From NCBI GenBank assembly GCA_041394725.1, contig JAWKHR010000036.1:996-64995 (forward strand): 64,000 bases of DNA, given 5' to 3'. Positions 35,990 through 45,119 of this stretch are shown here, one piece after another (the first letter of the stretch is position 1; the number at the start of each line of letters is the position of its first letter). The notes beneath the pieces were generated by a model. That model had not been told where the DNA came from. It did not search any database and saw only the letters and a list, made by a program, of their open reading frames with translations. Made by a program: the position numbers and the translations under genes. This stretch comes from Vicinamibacterales bacterium. Its GTDB lineage: Bacteria; Acidobacteriota; Vicinamibacteria; Vicinamibacterales; SCN-69-37.

Positions 35990-36003
35990 CGTCGGTCCGG
36001 GCT

Positions 36004-36009
36004 TACAAT
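36004..36009 (+). promoter_or_regulatory. -10-like hexamer TACAAT 7 nt upstream of the ATG at 36017 (possible leaderless transcript)
   Basis: Near-consensus hexamer with no Shine-Dalgarno between it and the start codon. Confidence 0.3.
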
Positions 36010-36016
36010 CACTCGG

Positions 36017-36703
36017 ATGACCTTCGTCACGCTGGCCGCCTCGGCGGTGCTGCTCGGGTTCCTGCACGGTCTGGGGGCCGATCACCTGATGGCGATCGCG
36101 GCCCTGTCGATCGACGGCCGGGGTGACGACCGGCGGCATTCCCGGGTCCTGCGCACCGCCGTCGGGTTTGCCGCCGGGCACGCGATCCTGCTCGGGCTGG
36201 GCGCCACGGCGGCGCTGCTCTTCGGGTGGGTGCTGCCCGCGGCGGCCGAGTCGGGGGCCGAGGCGCTCGGCGGCGTGCTGCTCATCGGCCTGGGCGGCGC
36301 GGGGCTGTGGACCGTGCTGTCGGGGCGGACGTACGGCCACATCCATCCGGTGGACGAGACCGACCGCTGGCACCTCCACCTGACCGCGACGGGCGGGCAC
36401 CCGACGGGCCAGCACGCGGCGGCGTCGAACCTGCCGACCCTCATGGGCGCGGTGTTCGCGGTGAGCAGCCTGCGCGCGCTGATGCTGCTGGCGCCGTTCG
36501 GCGGCGACGTGCGGTCGTTCAGCCTGCCCGTGGTCCTGCTGCTCGTCGTGCTCTTCGGCGTCGGGATCCTGCTCTCGATGTCGCTCTTCGGCGTCGTCCT
36601 CGCGCGCGTCCTCTCGCTGAAGGTCGTCGAACACCTCGGCCGCGCCGCCGCCGTCCTGGTCGCGCTGGCGTCGATCGTGCTCGGAGCGTACTGGGTGCTG
36701 TAA
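36017..36703 (+). CDS. NiCoT/NicO-like metal (Ni/Co) transporter
   Basis: HGLGADH (HX4DH signature) in TM1. A His-rich loop (YGHIHPVDETDRWHLHLTATGGHPTGQH). Six predicted TM helices and no Cys. Confidence 0.6.
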   Translation: MTFVTLAASAVLLGFLHGLGADHLMAIAALSIDGRGDDRRHSRVLRTAVGFAAGHAILLGLGATAALLFGWVLPAAAESGAEALGGVLLIGLGGAGLWTVLSGRTYGHIHPVDETDRWHLHLTATGGHPTGQHAAASNLPTLMGAVFAVSSLRALMLLAPFGGDVRSFSLPVVLLLVVLFGVGILLSMSLFGVVLARVLSLKVVEHLGRAAAVLVALASIVLGAYWVL

Positions 36704-36714
36704 GGCGCTCGAGT

Positions 36715-36875
36715 AACTTTGAAGTTCGAAGTTCGAACTTCGAACCACGGTGGTCGCCTTTCGGCGACGACTCATTTGGCTCGAGATCGACAGACTCACG
36801 GCCGCCAAGAAAAGGGAAGGTCGCCGGCGAAGCCGGCCCCCACGGTTCGAAGTTCGAACTTCGAACTTCAAAGTT
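36715..36875. repeat. AT-rich palindromic element with perfect 32-bp terminal inverted repeats AACTTTGAAGTTCGAAGTTCGAACTTCGAACC
   Basis: Arms at 36715-36746 and 36844-36875 are exact reverse complements. The arms are built of GAAGTTC heptamers. Lies between convergent genes. Confidence 0.85.
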
Positions 36876-36896
36876 TCGCAGACGCCCTCTGTCTCC

Positions 36897-38174
36897 CTAT
36901 ATCTCCCTCAGGCTGCTGCCGCGGCCGGTGAGGAAGAACGTCGCGGTCAGCAGGGTGAGGAGCAGGCCGTTGACGACCATCACCTTCGGCGCCGAGTAGA
37001 CGTCGGCCAGGGCGCCGGCGGTGAGGGCGCCGAGCGGGCCCCCGCCGCGCAGCGCGACCATGTAGATGCTCACCACGCGGCCCCGCAGTTCCTCCGGCAC
37101 GGCGAGCTGGACGATCGAGAAGCTGATCGAGAACAGCGCCATGAACAGGATGCCGCAGCAGAACACGAGGCCGTAGCTGATCCAGGGCGTGCGCGAGAAG
37201 GCGAAGCCGGCAATCGCCAGGCCCATCAGCCCCTGGATGCCCAGCAGCGTTCGGCCCATGTGGCGGAAGCGGCCGAGCGCGCCGATGATGAGCGCGCCGG
37301 CGATCGCGCCGCTGCCCTGGAAGGCCATCAGCAGCGACAGCCGCGCTTCCGGCGTCCCGCCGGCGCTGGCGAGCACCGTGCGGGCGAACGTCGGCAGCAG
37401 CGTGAGCAGCGGCATCGCCAGGAAGGTGCTCACGATGACGAGCGCCGTCAGCGTCAGCAGCAGCCGCTGGTGGCGGACGTAGGTCAGGCCGCCGCGCAGC
37501 TCCGTCCACAGGTCCTGCCGGCCCGACGCCGGGGCCGTCGCGAGCGGCTTGATCAGCATCAGCGCGACCACGACGAAGAAGAACGACAGGCCGTTGAGCA
37601 GGAAGCACCACGCCATCCCCAGCACGACGAGGATGGCCGTGCCGCCCATCGGCCCGAGCACGCGCGAGAGGTTGAACTGCGTCGAGTTGAGCGCGATCGC
37701 GTTCGGCAGGTCGCGTCGCGGCACGAGCGAGGGCAGCATCGACTGGTAGGCCGGCCCGCCGAAGGCCTGCGCGCAGCCCGTGAGGAACGACAGCGTCAGC
37801 ACGTGCCAGATCTCGATTCGTCCGGTGAAGACCAGCGCCGAGAGCGAGAACGCGGTGAAGGCCTGGACGTACTGCGACCAGGTGAGCAGGCGGCGCCGGT
37901 CGTGCCGGTCGGCGATGACGCCGCCGATCAGCATGAACAGCAGGATCGGCAGCTGCGAGAGGAAATCGTCGAGGCCCAGGTAGAAGTTCGAGTTGGTCAG
38001 GTCGAGCACCAGCCAGCTCTGGGCGAACTTCTGCATCCAGGTGCCGATGGTCGAGCCGAGCGCGGCGAACCAGACGAGCCGGAAATCGCGGTGGGTGAGG
38101 GCGCCCGCCACGCGATGGCGCCAGCTCCGGAGCGGATCTTCGGGCGGAGGACTGGCAGGCACGGGGCTGGACAC
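36897..38174 (-). CDS. MFS transporter (EntS/MFS_3-like)
   Basis: 425 aa with about 12 TM helices and an MFS loop motif (GVIADRHDRRRLL). Confidence 0.85.
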   Translation of the reverse strand: MSSPVPASPPPEDPLRSWRHRVAGALTHRDFRLVWFAALGSTIGTWMQKFAQSWLVLDLTNSNFYLGLDDFLSQLPILLFMLIGGVIADRHDRRRLLTWSQYVQAFTAFSLSALVFTGRIEIWHVLTLSFLTGCAQAFGGPAYQSMLPSLVPRRDLPNAIALNSTQFNLSRVLGPMGGTAILVVLGMAWCFLLNGLSFFFVVVALMLIKPLATAPASGRQDLWTELRGGLTYVRHQRLLLTLTALVIVSTFLAMPLLTLLPTFARTVLASAGGTPEARLSLLMAFQGSGAIAGALIIGALGRFRHMGRTLLGIQGLMGLAIAGFAFSRTPWISYGLVFCCGILFMALFSISFSIVQLAVPEELRGRVVSIYMVALRGGGPLGALTAGALADVYSAPKVMVVNGLLLTLLTATFFLTGRGSSLREI

Positions 38175-38273
38175 GGACTCGGCATCTTATCAAGTCATTC
38201 GGGCGCGCCGGGCCGGCGACAGATTACGAGTTTCGCCTCTTGATCGCCTCAGAGGCCTGGCGTATGCTGTGGC

Positions 38274-38288
38274 GAACACAAGGCGAAA
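38274..38288. promoter_or_regulatory. Possible LexA (SOS) box, GAAC-N7-GAAA (= TTTC-N7-GTTC on the other strand)
   Basis: One mismatch from the GTTC-N7-GTTC direct-repeat type of SOS box, immediately upstream of imuA. CGAGTTTCGCC is also present in inverted orientation at 38227-38237. Confidence 0.2.
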
Positions 38289-38294
38289 CTCGGC

Positions 38295-39032
38295 ATGGGA
38301 TCCGCGGCACTGGCACATCTCGAAGGCCTGCTCCAGGCCCGAAAACTGGACTCCACCCTGCTGCGGGCGTGGCTGGCGGAGACCGGCGCGCCGGTCGCCG
38401 CGACGGGCCTGTCCGCCCTCGACGAGGCGCTCGGCGGTGGCTGGCGGCGCGGCGAGCTGTCCGAGCTCATCGGGCTCCGGTCGAGCGGTCGCACGAGCAC
38501 GATCGTGCAGACGCTGGCGGCCGCGACGACCCGCGGGGAAGTCGTCGGCCTCGTCGATGCGCTCGACCGGTTCGATCCGGTGTCCGCCGAGGCGGCCGGC
38601 CTGGACCTGTCGCGCGTCCTCTGGGTGCGCGGGGCGTCCTGCACGGCGGAGCGGGCGCGGCCGGGCGTGCTCGAGCGCGCCGTCCACCAGGCCGTCCGCG
38701 CGCTGGACCTGCTGATCCGCGCGGGCGGCTTCGGCGTCGTCGTCCTCGACGTCGCGGACGTGCCGGCGCTGTTCCTGCGCGCGCTGCCCTCGACCACCTG
38801 GCTGCGCCTGGCGCGTGCCAATGAGGGCAGCCGCACGGCGTGCGTGCTGGTCGGCGCGTCGCCGATCAGCCGCAGCGCGCGCGGCGCGACCGTCCAGCTC
38901 GAGGGCGCGGCGCGATGGGTCGGCGACAGCCCCCAGAGCCGGCGGCTGGGGGGGCTGCAGATTCGCGCGTCGATCGGCCAGGCGCGCCGGTCCCATCACG
39001 CGTCGCCGCACTGGGTGCTCCGCGCGAGCTAG
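38295..39032 (+). CDS. imuA: ImuA-like (RecA/SulA-fold) translesion synthesis accessory protein
   Basis: TGLSALDEALGGGWRRGELSELIG...SGRTS pattern and its position upstream of imuB-dnaE2. Confidence 0.7.
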   Translation: MGSAALAHLEGLLQARKLDSTLLRAWLAETGAPVAATGLSALDEALGGGWRRGELSELIGLRSSGRTSTIVQTLAAATTRGEVVGLVDALDRFDPVSAEAAGLDLSRVLWVRGASCTAERARPGVLERAVHQAVRALDLLIRAGGFGVVVLDVADVPALFLRALPSTTWLRLARANEGSRTACVLVGASPISRSARGATVQLEGAARWVGDSPQSRRLGGLQIRASIGQARRSHHASPHWVLRAS

Positions 39033-39034
39033 CC

Positions 39035-40620
39035 ATGCCGGTGCTCTTCGGCTGTCTCGTCCGGGTGCCCGGCGGCCCGGCTGCCCCGGGCACGCTCGAA
39101 ACGGTCGCGCGCGCCTGTTCGCCGCGTGTCGAGCCGGCCGGCGACGACCGGGTCGTCTTCGATGCCTCGGGCCTGCGGCGGGTGCTTGGTCCGCCCGAGG
39201 ACATCGCGCGCGAGGTGATCCGCCTGGCGGAGCAGCAGGGCCTGGCCGTGCGGCTGGCGTTGTCGGGGACGATGACGGCGTCGTGGCTGCTGGCGCACGC
39301 AGGCCCCGCCGTGACCCCGGCCGTGACCGTCGTCGCGCCCGGCGCCCAGGCGGCGCGACTGGCGCCGCTGCCGGTGACGGCGCTGCTGACGCTGCCGGAG
39401 TGCCTGGCGCCGGCCGATCGCCGGACGGCTGAGGCGCCGCCCGGCGGGGCGCGTGCGCGCGACGTCTCGCCGGCACACCGGGACATCGCGGTCGCCGGCA
39501 GGCCCGGCATTACCGCATGGCGCCAGGACCGGAGGCTGGGGCGCGCGCGCCGGCCGATGCGCCACGCGACGGGGCAGGCGCGCGCGCGGCGCTGGACCGG
39601 TCGAGCGCGCGCGCGGCGCTGGATGCACTGCGCATCGAGCGGGCCGTGCTCGAGCGGTTCGATCGCTGGGGCGTGCGCACGCTGGGCGACGTCGCGCGCC
39701 TGCCGCGCGCCGATGTCCGCGCGCGGCTCGGGCTGGCCGGGCTGCGCATTCACCAGGCGGCGTGTGGCGAGGACGCGACGGTCCTCGTGCCGGCGGACGC
39801 CCCGCGGGTGTTCCTCGAGCGCGCGGAGCTCGAGTGGCCGATCGAGGGGCTCGAGCCGCTGTCGTTCGTGCTGGCGCGGCTGTGCGACGGGCTGTCCACC
39901 GCGCTCGAGCGGGCCGACCGCGGCGCCATTGCCGTCACGACGACGCTCCGGCTGGTCACGCGGCAGGTGCACGTCCGGACGCTGCACCTGCCGGCGCCGA
40001 TGCGCGACGCGCGCGTGCTGCGAACGCTCGTCGGCCTCGATCTCGAGTCGCATCCGCCCGCCGCGGGCATCGACGTGGTGGAGGTCGAAGCCGAGGTCGC
40101 GCCCGGCCGGATCACCCAGGGCTCGCTGCTCGAGCACAGCCTGCCGACGCCCGAGGATCTCGCGACGCTCGTGGCCCGGCTCGGCGCGTTGATGGGCGAA
40201 TCCCGCGTCGGCGCGCCGGCGCTCGTGGACACGCACGACGAGCGCGCGTTCGCGATGGCGCCGTTCCGCGCGACCCCGCCGGAGGCCGGATCCCGGACGC
40301 CGGGCGCCTCGGTCTCCGTGATGCCGGAATCCCCGAGCCCCGGGGCGTCGTGCCTCCGCCGGTTCCGCCTGCCGCTCGCCACCCGCGTCGTCGTCGATCG
40401 TGGCACGCCGGTGCGGGTCGTGCCGTCCTCGCGCGGCGTGCCTGGCGGCGCGGTGGTGGCGTGTGCCGGTCCCTGGCGATCGTCGGGGCACTGGTGGACG
40501 TTCGATCGATCCGCGTGGGATCGCGACGAGTGGGACGTCGAGGTGTCCGAGGGCGCGGTGATCCGGCTGTCGCGTCACCGCGCGACGGGGCAGTGGGCGA
40601 TTGAAGGCATCCTGGATTGA
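39035..40620 (+). pseudogene. imuB: ImuB-like Y-family polymerase homologue, one frameshift as assembled
   Basis: The N-terminal ~130 aa (MPVLFGCLV...VVFDASGLRRVLG...) are in one frame and the C-terminal 367 aa (ORF 39517..40620) in another. The total span is not a multiple of 3. The shift lies between 39433 and about 39600. Confidence 0.7.
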
Positions 40621-40646
40621 GCCCGCCGTTTTTCTCCGACCCCGAC

Positions 40647-43600
40647 ATGTATCTCGAGCTGCACACCGCATCGGCCTTCTCGTTTCTCGACGGCGCGTCG
40701 CTGCCCGCCACGCTCATCGAGCGCGCGGCCGATCTCGGCTATCCGGCGATCGCGCTGCTCGATCGCGACGGCCTGTACGGCGCGCCGCAGTTCTACCGTG
40801 CCGCGAAGGCCGCCGGCCTCAAGGCCATCGTCGGCGCGGAACTCACGATCGGTCCGCCCGATGATCCCCGGGCGTCGTCGTCGGGGGGGCGGGCGCCGTC
40901 GTCAGGTTCCCGAACGCCGAGCGCCGACCGCCGACCGCCGTCGTCGTTCTCCCCGCCCAGTGCCCAGCGCCCGGCGCCTGCGCTCTGGACGCTGCCCGTG
41001 CTCGTCCAGAACGCCGAGGGCTACCGGCAGCTGTGCCGGGTCATCACCCGGGCGAAGCTCCGGTCGCCGAAGGGCGAATGCCGGCTGACGCTGGCCGATC
41101 TCGAGGGCCAGGCGGGGGGACTCGTCGCGCTCGTCGGGCGCGAGGCGTTGCGGGCGGAACGGCACGGCGTCGGCGGGCTCGTGGATCAGCTCGTCGGCAC
41201 GTTCGGCCGGACGAACGTCTGGGTCGAGCTGCAGCGGCACCTCCGGCGCGACGAGCAGGGCGATCTGCAGGCGCTCGTCGATCTGGCGTCGGCGTTCCGC
41301 GTGCCGGTGATGGCGTCGAACGGCGTCCGGTTCGCGTCGCCGGAGGCGCGGCCGCTCTACGACGTCCTCACCAGCATCCGGCTGAAGACGACGCTCGCGC
41401 GGGCGGGGCGGCGGCTGGCGGTCAACGCGGAGCGGTACCTGAAGCCGCCGGAGGTCATGGCGCGCATGTTCTCGGACCTGCCGCAGGCGCTCGCGGGCAC
41501 CGAGGCGCTGGCCGAGCGGCTCGAGTTCACGCTCGCGAACCTCGGCTACCGGTTTCCGGACTATCCGGTGCCGGCGGGGGAGACGCAGGCGTCGTTCCTG
41601 CGACGGCTGACGCAGGTCGGCGCGCGGGATCGGTACCGGCCGTATCACGACCGCGCGCGCGCGCAGATCCGGCGCGAGCTCGACCTGATCGAGAAGCTCG
41701 ACCTGGCCGGCTACTTCCTCATCGTCTGGGACCTCGTCAACTTCTGCCGGCAGCAGGGGATTCTCGTGCAGGGGCGCGGGTCGGCCGCCAACAGCGCGGT
41801 CTGCTACGCGCTCGGGATCACCGCGGTCGATCCGGTCGGCATGGAGCTGCTGTTCGAACGCTTCCTGTCGGAGGAGCGCGGCGAGTGGCCGGACATCGAC
41901 CTGGACCTGCCGAGCGGCGACCGGCGCGAGCGTGTCATCCAGTACGTGTACGAGCGCTACGGGACGCTGGGGGCCGCGATGACGGCCAACGTCATCTCCT
42001 ACCGCGGCCGGAGCGCCGCGCGCGAGGTGGGGAAGGTGCTCGCGCTCGACACGGAGGAGATCGACCGGCTCGCGCGGCTGATGAGCCAGTTCGAGTTCGT
42101 CGACCCGGAGGAGACCATCGGCCGCAACCTCCGGGAATCGGGCCTCGACCCGGACGACCCGCGCTACGCGCAGTTCGCGAGGCTCTGGCGCGAAATCCAG
42201 GACCTGCCGCGCCACCTCGGCCAGCACTCGGGCGGCATGGTCGTCTGCCAGGGGCGGCTGGACGAGGTCGTGCCGCTCGAGAACGCCTCGATGCCGGGGC
42301 GGGTCGTCGTGCAGTGGGACAAGGACGACTGCGCGGACCTGGGGATCGTAAAGGTGGATCTGCTCGGCCTCGGGATGATGGCGGCGCTCGAGGACGCATT
42401 GTCGATCATCAACACGAACGACGCCGGGCCGAAGGTCGATCTCGCCCATCTTCCCCCGGACGACCCCGCCGTCTACCGCATGCTGCAGGAGGCCGACACG
42501 GTCGGCGTGTTCCAGGTGGAGTCGCGCGCGCAGATGGCGACGCTGCCGCGGCTGCGGCCGGAGCACTTCTACGATCTCGTCGTCGAGGTCGCGATCATCC
42601 GGCCCGGGCCCATCGTCGGCAACATGGTGCATCCGTACCTCCGGCGGCGGCGCGGGCAGGAACCGGTGACGTATCCGCACCCGCGGCTCGAGCCGGTGCT
42701 GAAGCGGACGCTCGGCGTGCCGCTGTTCCAGGAACAGCTGCTGCGGATGGCGATGGTCGTCGCGGACTTCAGCGGCGGCGAGGCCGAGGAACTGCGCCGT
42801 GCGATGGGCTTCAAGCGATCCGTCAGGCGGATGCAGCAGATCGAGACGAAGCTGCGGGCCGGCATGGCCCGGAACGGCATCACGCCCGAGGCGGCCGACC
42901 AGATCGTGCAGTCGATCACGTCGTTCGCGCTCTACGGGTTTCCCGAGTCGCACGCGGCGAGCTTCGCGCTCATCGTCTATGCCAGCGCGTACCTCAAGGC
43001 GCACTACCCGGCGGCGTTCTACACGGCGCTGCTCAACAACCAGCCGATGGGGTTCTACCACCCGGCCACGCTGGTCAAGGACGCCCAGCGCCGCGGCGTC
43101 CGGTTCGCGCCGGTGGACGTACAGGTCTCGGGCTGGGACTGCGCGGTGCAGGACGACGGCGCCATCCGCCTCGGCCTGCGCTGTGTCCGCGGCCTTCGCG
43201 AGGAGGCGGGTCGGAGGATCGAGGCCGCGCCGCCCGGGGACGTCCGAGCGCCGAGCGCCGAACGCCGAGCGCCGCCCGTGAACTCACCAGTGCCCGGTGC
43301 CCAGCGCCCAGTGCCGACAAGATTCACGTCGATGGACGACCTCGTCGCCCGCGCCCGGCTCCGGCAGGACGAGGTGCGCCTCCTGGCCGAGGTCGGCGCG
43401 CTCGTCTCGCTCGGCGGCGATCGCCGATCCGCGCTCTGGCAGGCCGAACGCGCCGGCCGCCCGGCTGGGCCGCTGCTGCACGAGATCGGCGATCAACGTC
43501 GGCGGTCGGCGGTCGGCGCGCGGCTCTCGGGCGCCACGTCTCACGACGAGCCGACGGGCGCCGAACACGACGACCCTCGGGCGCCGACCGCCGACGGCCG

Positions 43601-44093
43601 AGCGCCGGAACGAGCACCGTCTTCCCAAGCGCCGAACGCCGAGGACCGAGCGCCGGAACGATCGCCCCTCCCGCCGATGTCCCTCCTCGAGCGGGTGAAG
43701 GCGGACTACGACGGCACGGGGCTCACGATCGGGCCGCACCCGATGGCGCTCGTCCGGGCGTCGCTCGCGCCGATGGGGGTGGCGCGCGCGGCGGATCTCA
43801 GGCGGATCCGGACCGGCCGGCGCGTGCGCGTGGCCGGCGCGGTCATCACGCGGCAGCGGCCCGGCACCGCCAAGGGGTTCGTGTTCCTCTCGCTCGAGGA
43901 CGAGACGGGCATCTCGAACATCATCGTCAACCCGGACACGTTCGCCGCCTTCAAGCGGACGATCGTGGACGAGCCCTACCTCATCGTCGAGGGCGTGCTC
44001 CAGGACCAGACCGGCGCGATTTCGATCAAGGCCGATCGCGTGGACGCGCTCCGCTACGGCGGTCCCGAAGCCGACTCGCACGACTTCCACTGA
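40647..44093 (+). CDS. dnaE2: Error-prone DNA polymerase III alpha-like DnaE2
   Basis: PHP domain (YLELHTASAFSFLDGAS), polymerase core (GRGSAANS...DIDLDL...HSGGMV) and an OB fold at the C-terminus. Carries three low-complexity insertions. Confidence 0.9.
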   Translation: MYLELHTASAFSFLDGASLPATLIERAADLGYPAIALLDRDGLYGAPQFYRAAKAAGLKAIVGAELTIGPPDDPRASSSGGRAPSSGSRTPSADRRPPSSFSPPSAQRPAPALWTLPVLVQNAEGYRQLCRVITRAKLRSPKGECRLTLADLEGQAGGLVALVGREALRAERHGVGGLVDQLVGTFGRTNVWVELQRHLRRDEQGDLQALVDLASAFRVPVMASNGVRFASPEARPLYDVLTSIRLKTTLARAGRRLAVNAERYLKPPEVMARMFSDLPQALAGTEALAERLEFTLANLGYRFPDYPVPAGETQASFLRRLTQVGARDRYRPYHDRARAQIRRELDLIEKLDLAGYFLIVWDLVNFCRQQGILVQGRGSAANSAVCYALGITAVDPVGMELLFERFLSEERGEWPDIDLDLPSGDRRERVIQYVYERYGTLGAAMTANVISYRGRSAAREVGKVLALDTEEIDRLARLMSQFEFVDPEETIGRNLRESGLDPDDPRYAQFARLWREIQDLPRHLGQHSGGMVVCQGRLDEVVPLENASMPGRVVVQWDKDDCADLGIVKVDLLGLGMMAALEDALSIINTNDAGPKVDLAHLPPDDPAVYRMLQEADTVGVFQVESRAQMATLPRLRPEHFYDLVVEVAIIRPGPIVGNMVHPYLRRRRGQEPVTYPHPRLEPVLKRTLGVPLFQEQLLRMAMVVADFSGGEAEELRRAMGFKRSVRRMQQIETKLRAGMARNGITPEAADQIVQSITSFALYGFPESHAASFALIVYASAYLKAHYPAAFYTALLNNQPMGFYHPATLVKDAQRRGVRFAPVDVQVSGWDCAVQDDGAIRLGLRCVRGLREEAGRRIEAAPPGDVRAPSAERRAPPVNSPVPGAQRPVPTRFTSMDDLVARARLRQDEVRLLAEVGALVSLGGDRRSALWQAERAGRPAGPLLHEIGDQRRRSAVGARLSGATSHDEPTGAEHDDPRAPTADGRAPERAPSSQAPNAEDRAPERSPLPPMSLLERVKADYDGTGLTIGPHPMALVRASLAPMGVARAADLRRIRTGRRVRVAGAVITRQRPGTAKGFVFLSLEDETGISNIIVNPDTFAAFKRTIVDEPYLIVEGVLQDQTGAISIKADRVDALRYGGPEADSHDFH
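40912..40978 (+). repeat. Heptanucleotide array inside dnaE2 (GAACGCC GAGCGCC GACCGCC GACCGCC ... CAGTGCC CAGCGCC CGGCGCC)
   Basis: Read directly. Encodes part of a Pro/Ser/Arg-rich insertion after GAELTI. Confidence 0.8.
43246..43315 (+). repeat. Ten phased heptamers inside dnaE2 (GAGCGCC x2, GAACGCC, GAGCGCC, 2 spacer heptamers, CAGTGCC, CGGTGCC, CAGCGCC, CAGTGCC)
   Basis: Read directly. 70 nt in 7-nt phase. A degenerate third array lies at about 43540-43670. Confidence 0.8.
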
Positions 44094-44124
44094 ACGGCTG
44101 AGCGCCCGCCGGGGACCCGGTATC

Positions 44125-45111
44125 ATGTCCCCCGTGTCCGCGCCGCTCCGCCTGGCCTTCCTCGGCTGTGGCTTCATCACCCGGGTCCACAGCCGCCACC
44201 TGCGGGCGCTCGGGCGCGACCTGACCTGGAGCTACGCGAGCCGCGACGCCGCGAAGGCCGAGGACTTCCGGCGCCGGCTGGGCGGCGCGAAGAGCTACGG
44301 CGACTACCGGGCCGCGATTGCCGACCCGGAGGTCGACGCGGTCGTCGTCGCGGTGCCGCCGGCGCTCCATCGAGACCTCGCGCTGGAGGCGCTGGCGGCG
44401 GGCAAGCACGTGCTCGTCGAGAAGCCGGCGTTCCCGGCGATGGCCGACTACGAGACCGTCCGCGCGGCCCGCGAGGCCGCGGGGCGGACCGTGCTCGTCG
44501 GCGAGAACGACCACTACAAGCCGCTGGCGGTCTGCCTGCGCGGCCTGCTCGCGAACGGGGTGATCGGCGACCTGGTCTTCGGGCACTTCGTGACGATCGC
44601 GAAGCGTCTGAAGACGGCCGACGACTGGCGCAACGACGAGACGATGGCGGGGGGCGACGCGTTCTTCGAGGAGGGCATCCACTGGCTGCACGTCGCGGGC
44701 AGCCTCGGCCCGGCGATCACCCGGGCGCACGGGCTGCGGCCGATCCTGCCGCCGGCCGGGCCGGACCGCCGGCGCAAGAGCATGCTCGTGGCCTTCCACT
44801 ACGACACCGGTGCGGTCGGCGCGCTCTACTACAGCCGCGAGGTGCCGTCGCTCTTCCGCGGCCTGCGCCTGTCGAAGCTGTTCGGCCGCGACGGCGTCAT
44901 CTCGTTCGAGTCGAACGGCGCCCTGGTCGTCGTGCGCGGTCGCGGGCTGCCGCGCGCCTACCTGCCGGGATTCCGCGACATCCGGGGCTACCAGGCGATG
45001 TATCGTGATTTCGTCCGCGCCGCGCGGACCGGCGTGCCGCCCGAGATGAGCCTCGAGCGGGCCATGGACGACCAGCGCCTGATGGACCAGATCTACGCCA
45101 GCCTCGACTGA
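44125..45111 (+). CDS. Gfo/Idh/MocA-family oxidoreductase
   Basis: LAFLGCGFI Rossmann start and EKP motif (VLVEKPA). An alternative leaderless GTG start at 44134 lies 7 nt after TATCAT. Confidence 0.85.
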   Translation: MSPVSAPLRLAFLGCGFITRVHSRHLRALGRDLTWSYASRDAAKAEDFRRRLGGAKSYGDYRAAIADPEVDAVVVAVPPALHRDLALEALAAGKHVLVEKPAFPAMADYETVRAAREAAGRTVLVGENDHYKPLAVCLRGLLANGVIGDLVFGHFVTIAKRLKTADDWRNDETMAGGDAFFEEGIHWLHVAGSLGPAITRAHGLRPILPPAGPDRRRKSMLVAFHYDTGAVGALYYSREVPSLFRGLRLSKLFGRDGVISFESNGALVVVRGRGLPRAYLPGFRDIRGYQAMYRDFVRAARTGVPPEMSLERAMDDQRLMDQIYASLD

Positions 45112-45119
45112 CCGATCCG

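Noticed and set aside
36839-36862. tRNA-like GGTTCGAA T-loop sequence.
   Set aside because: No acceptor, D or anticodon arms can be drawn around it. The sequence is part of the GAAGTTC heptamer arm of the palindromic element.
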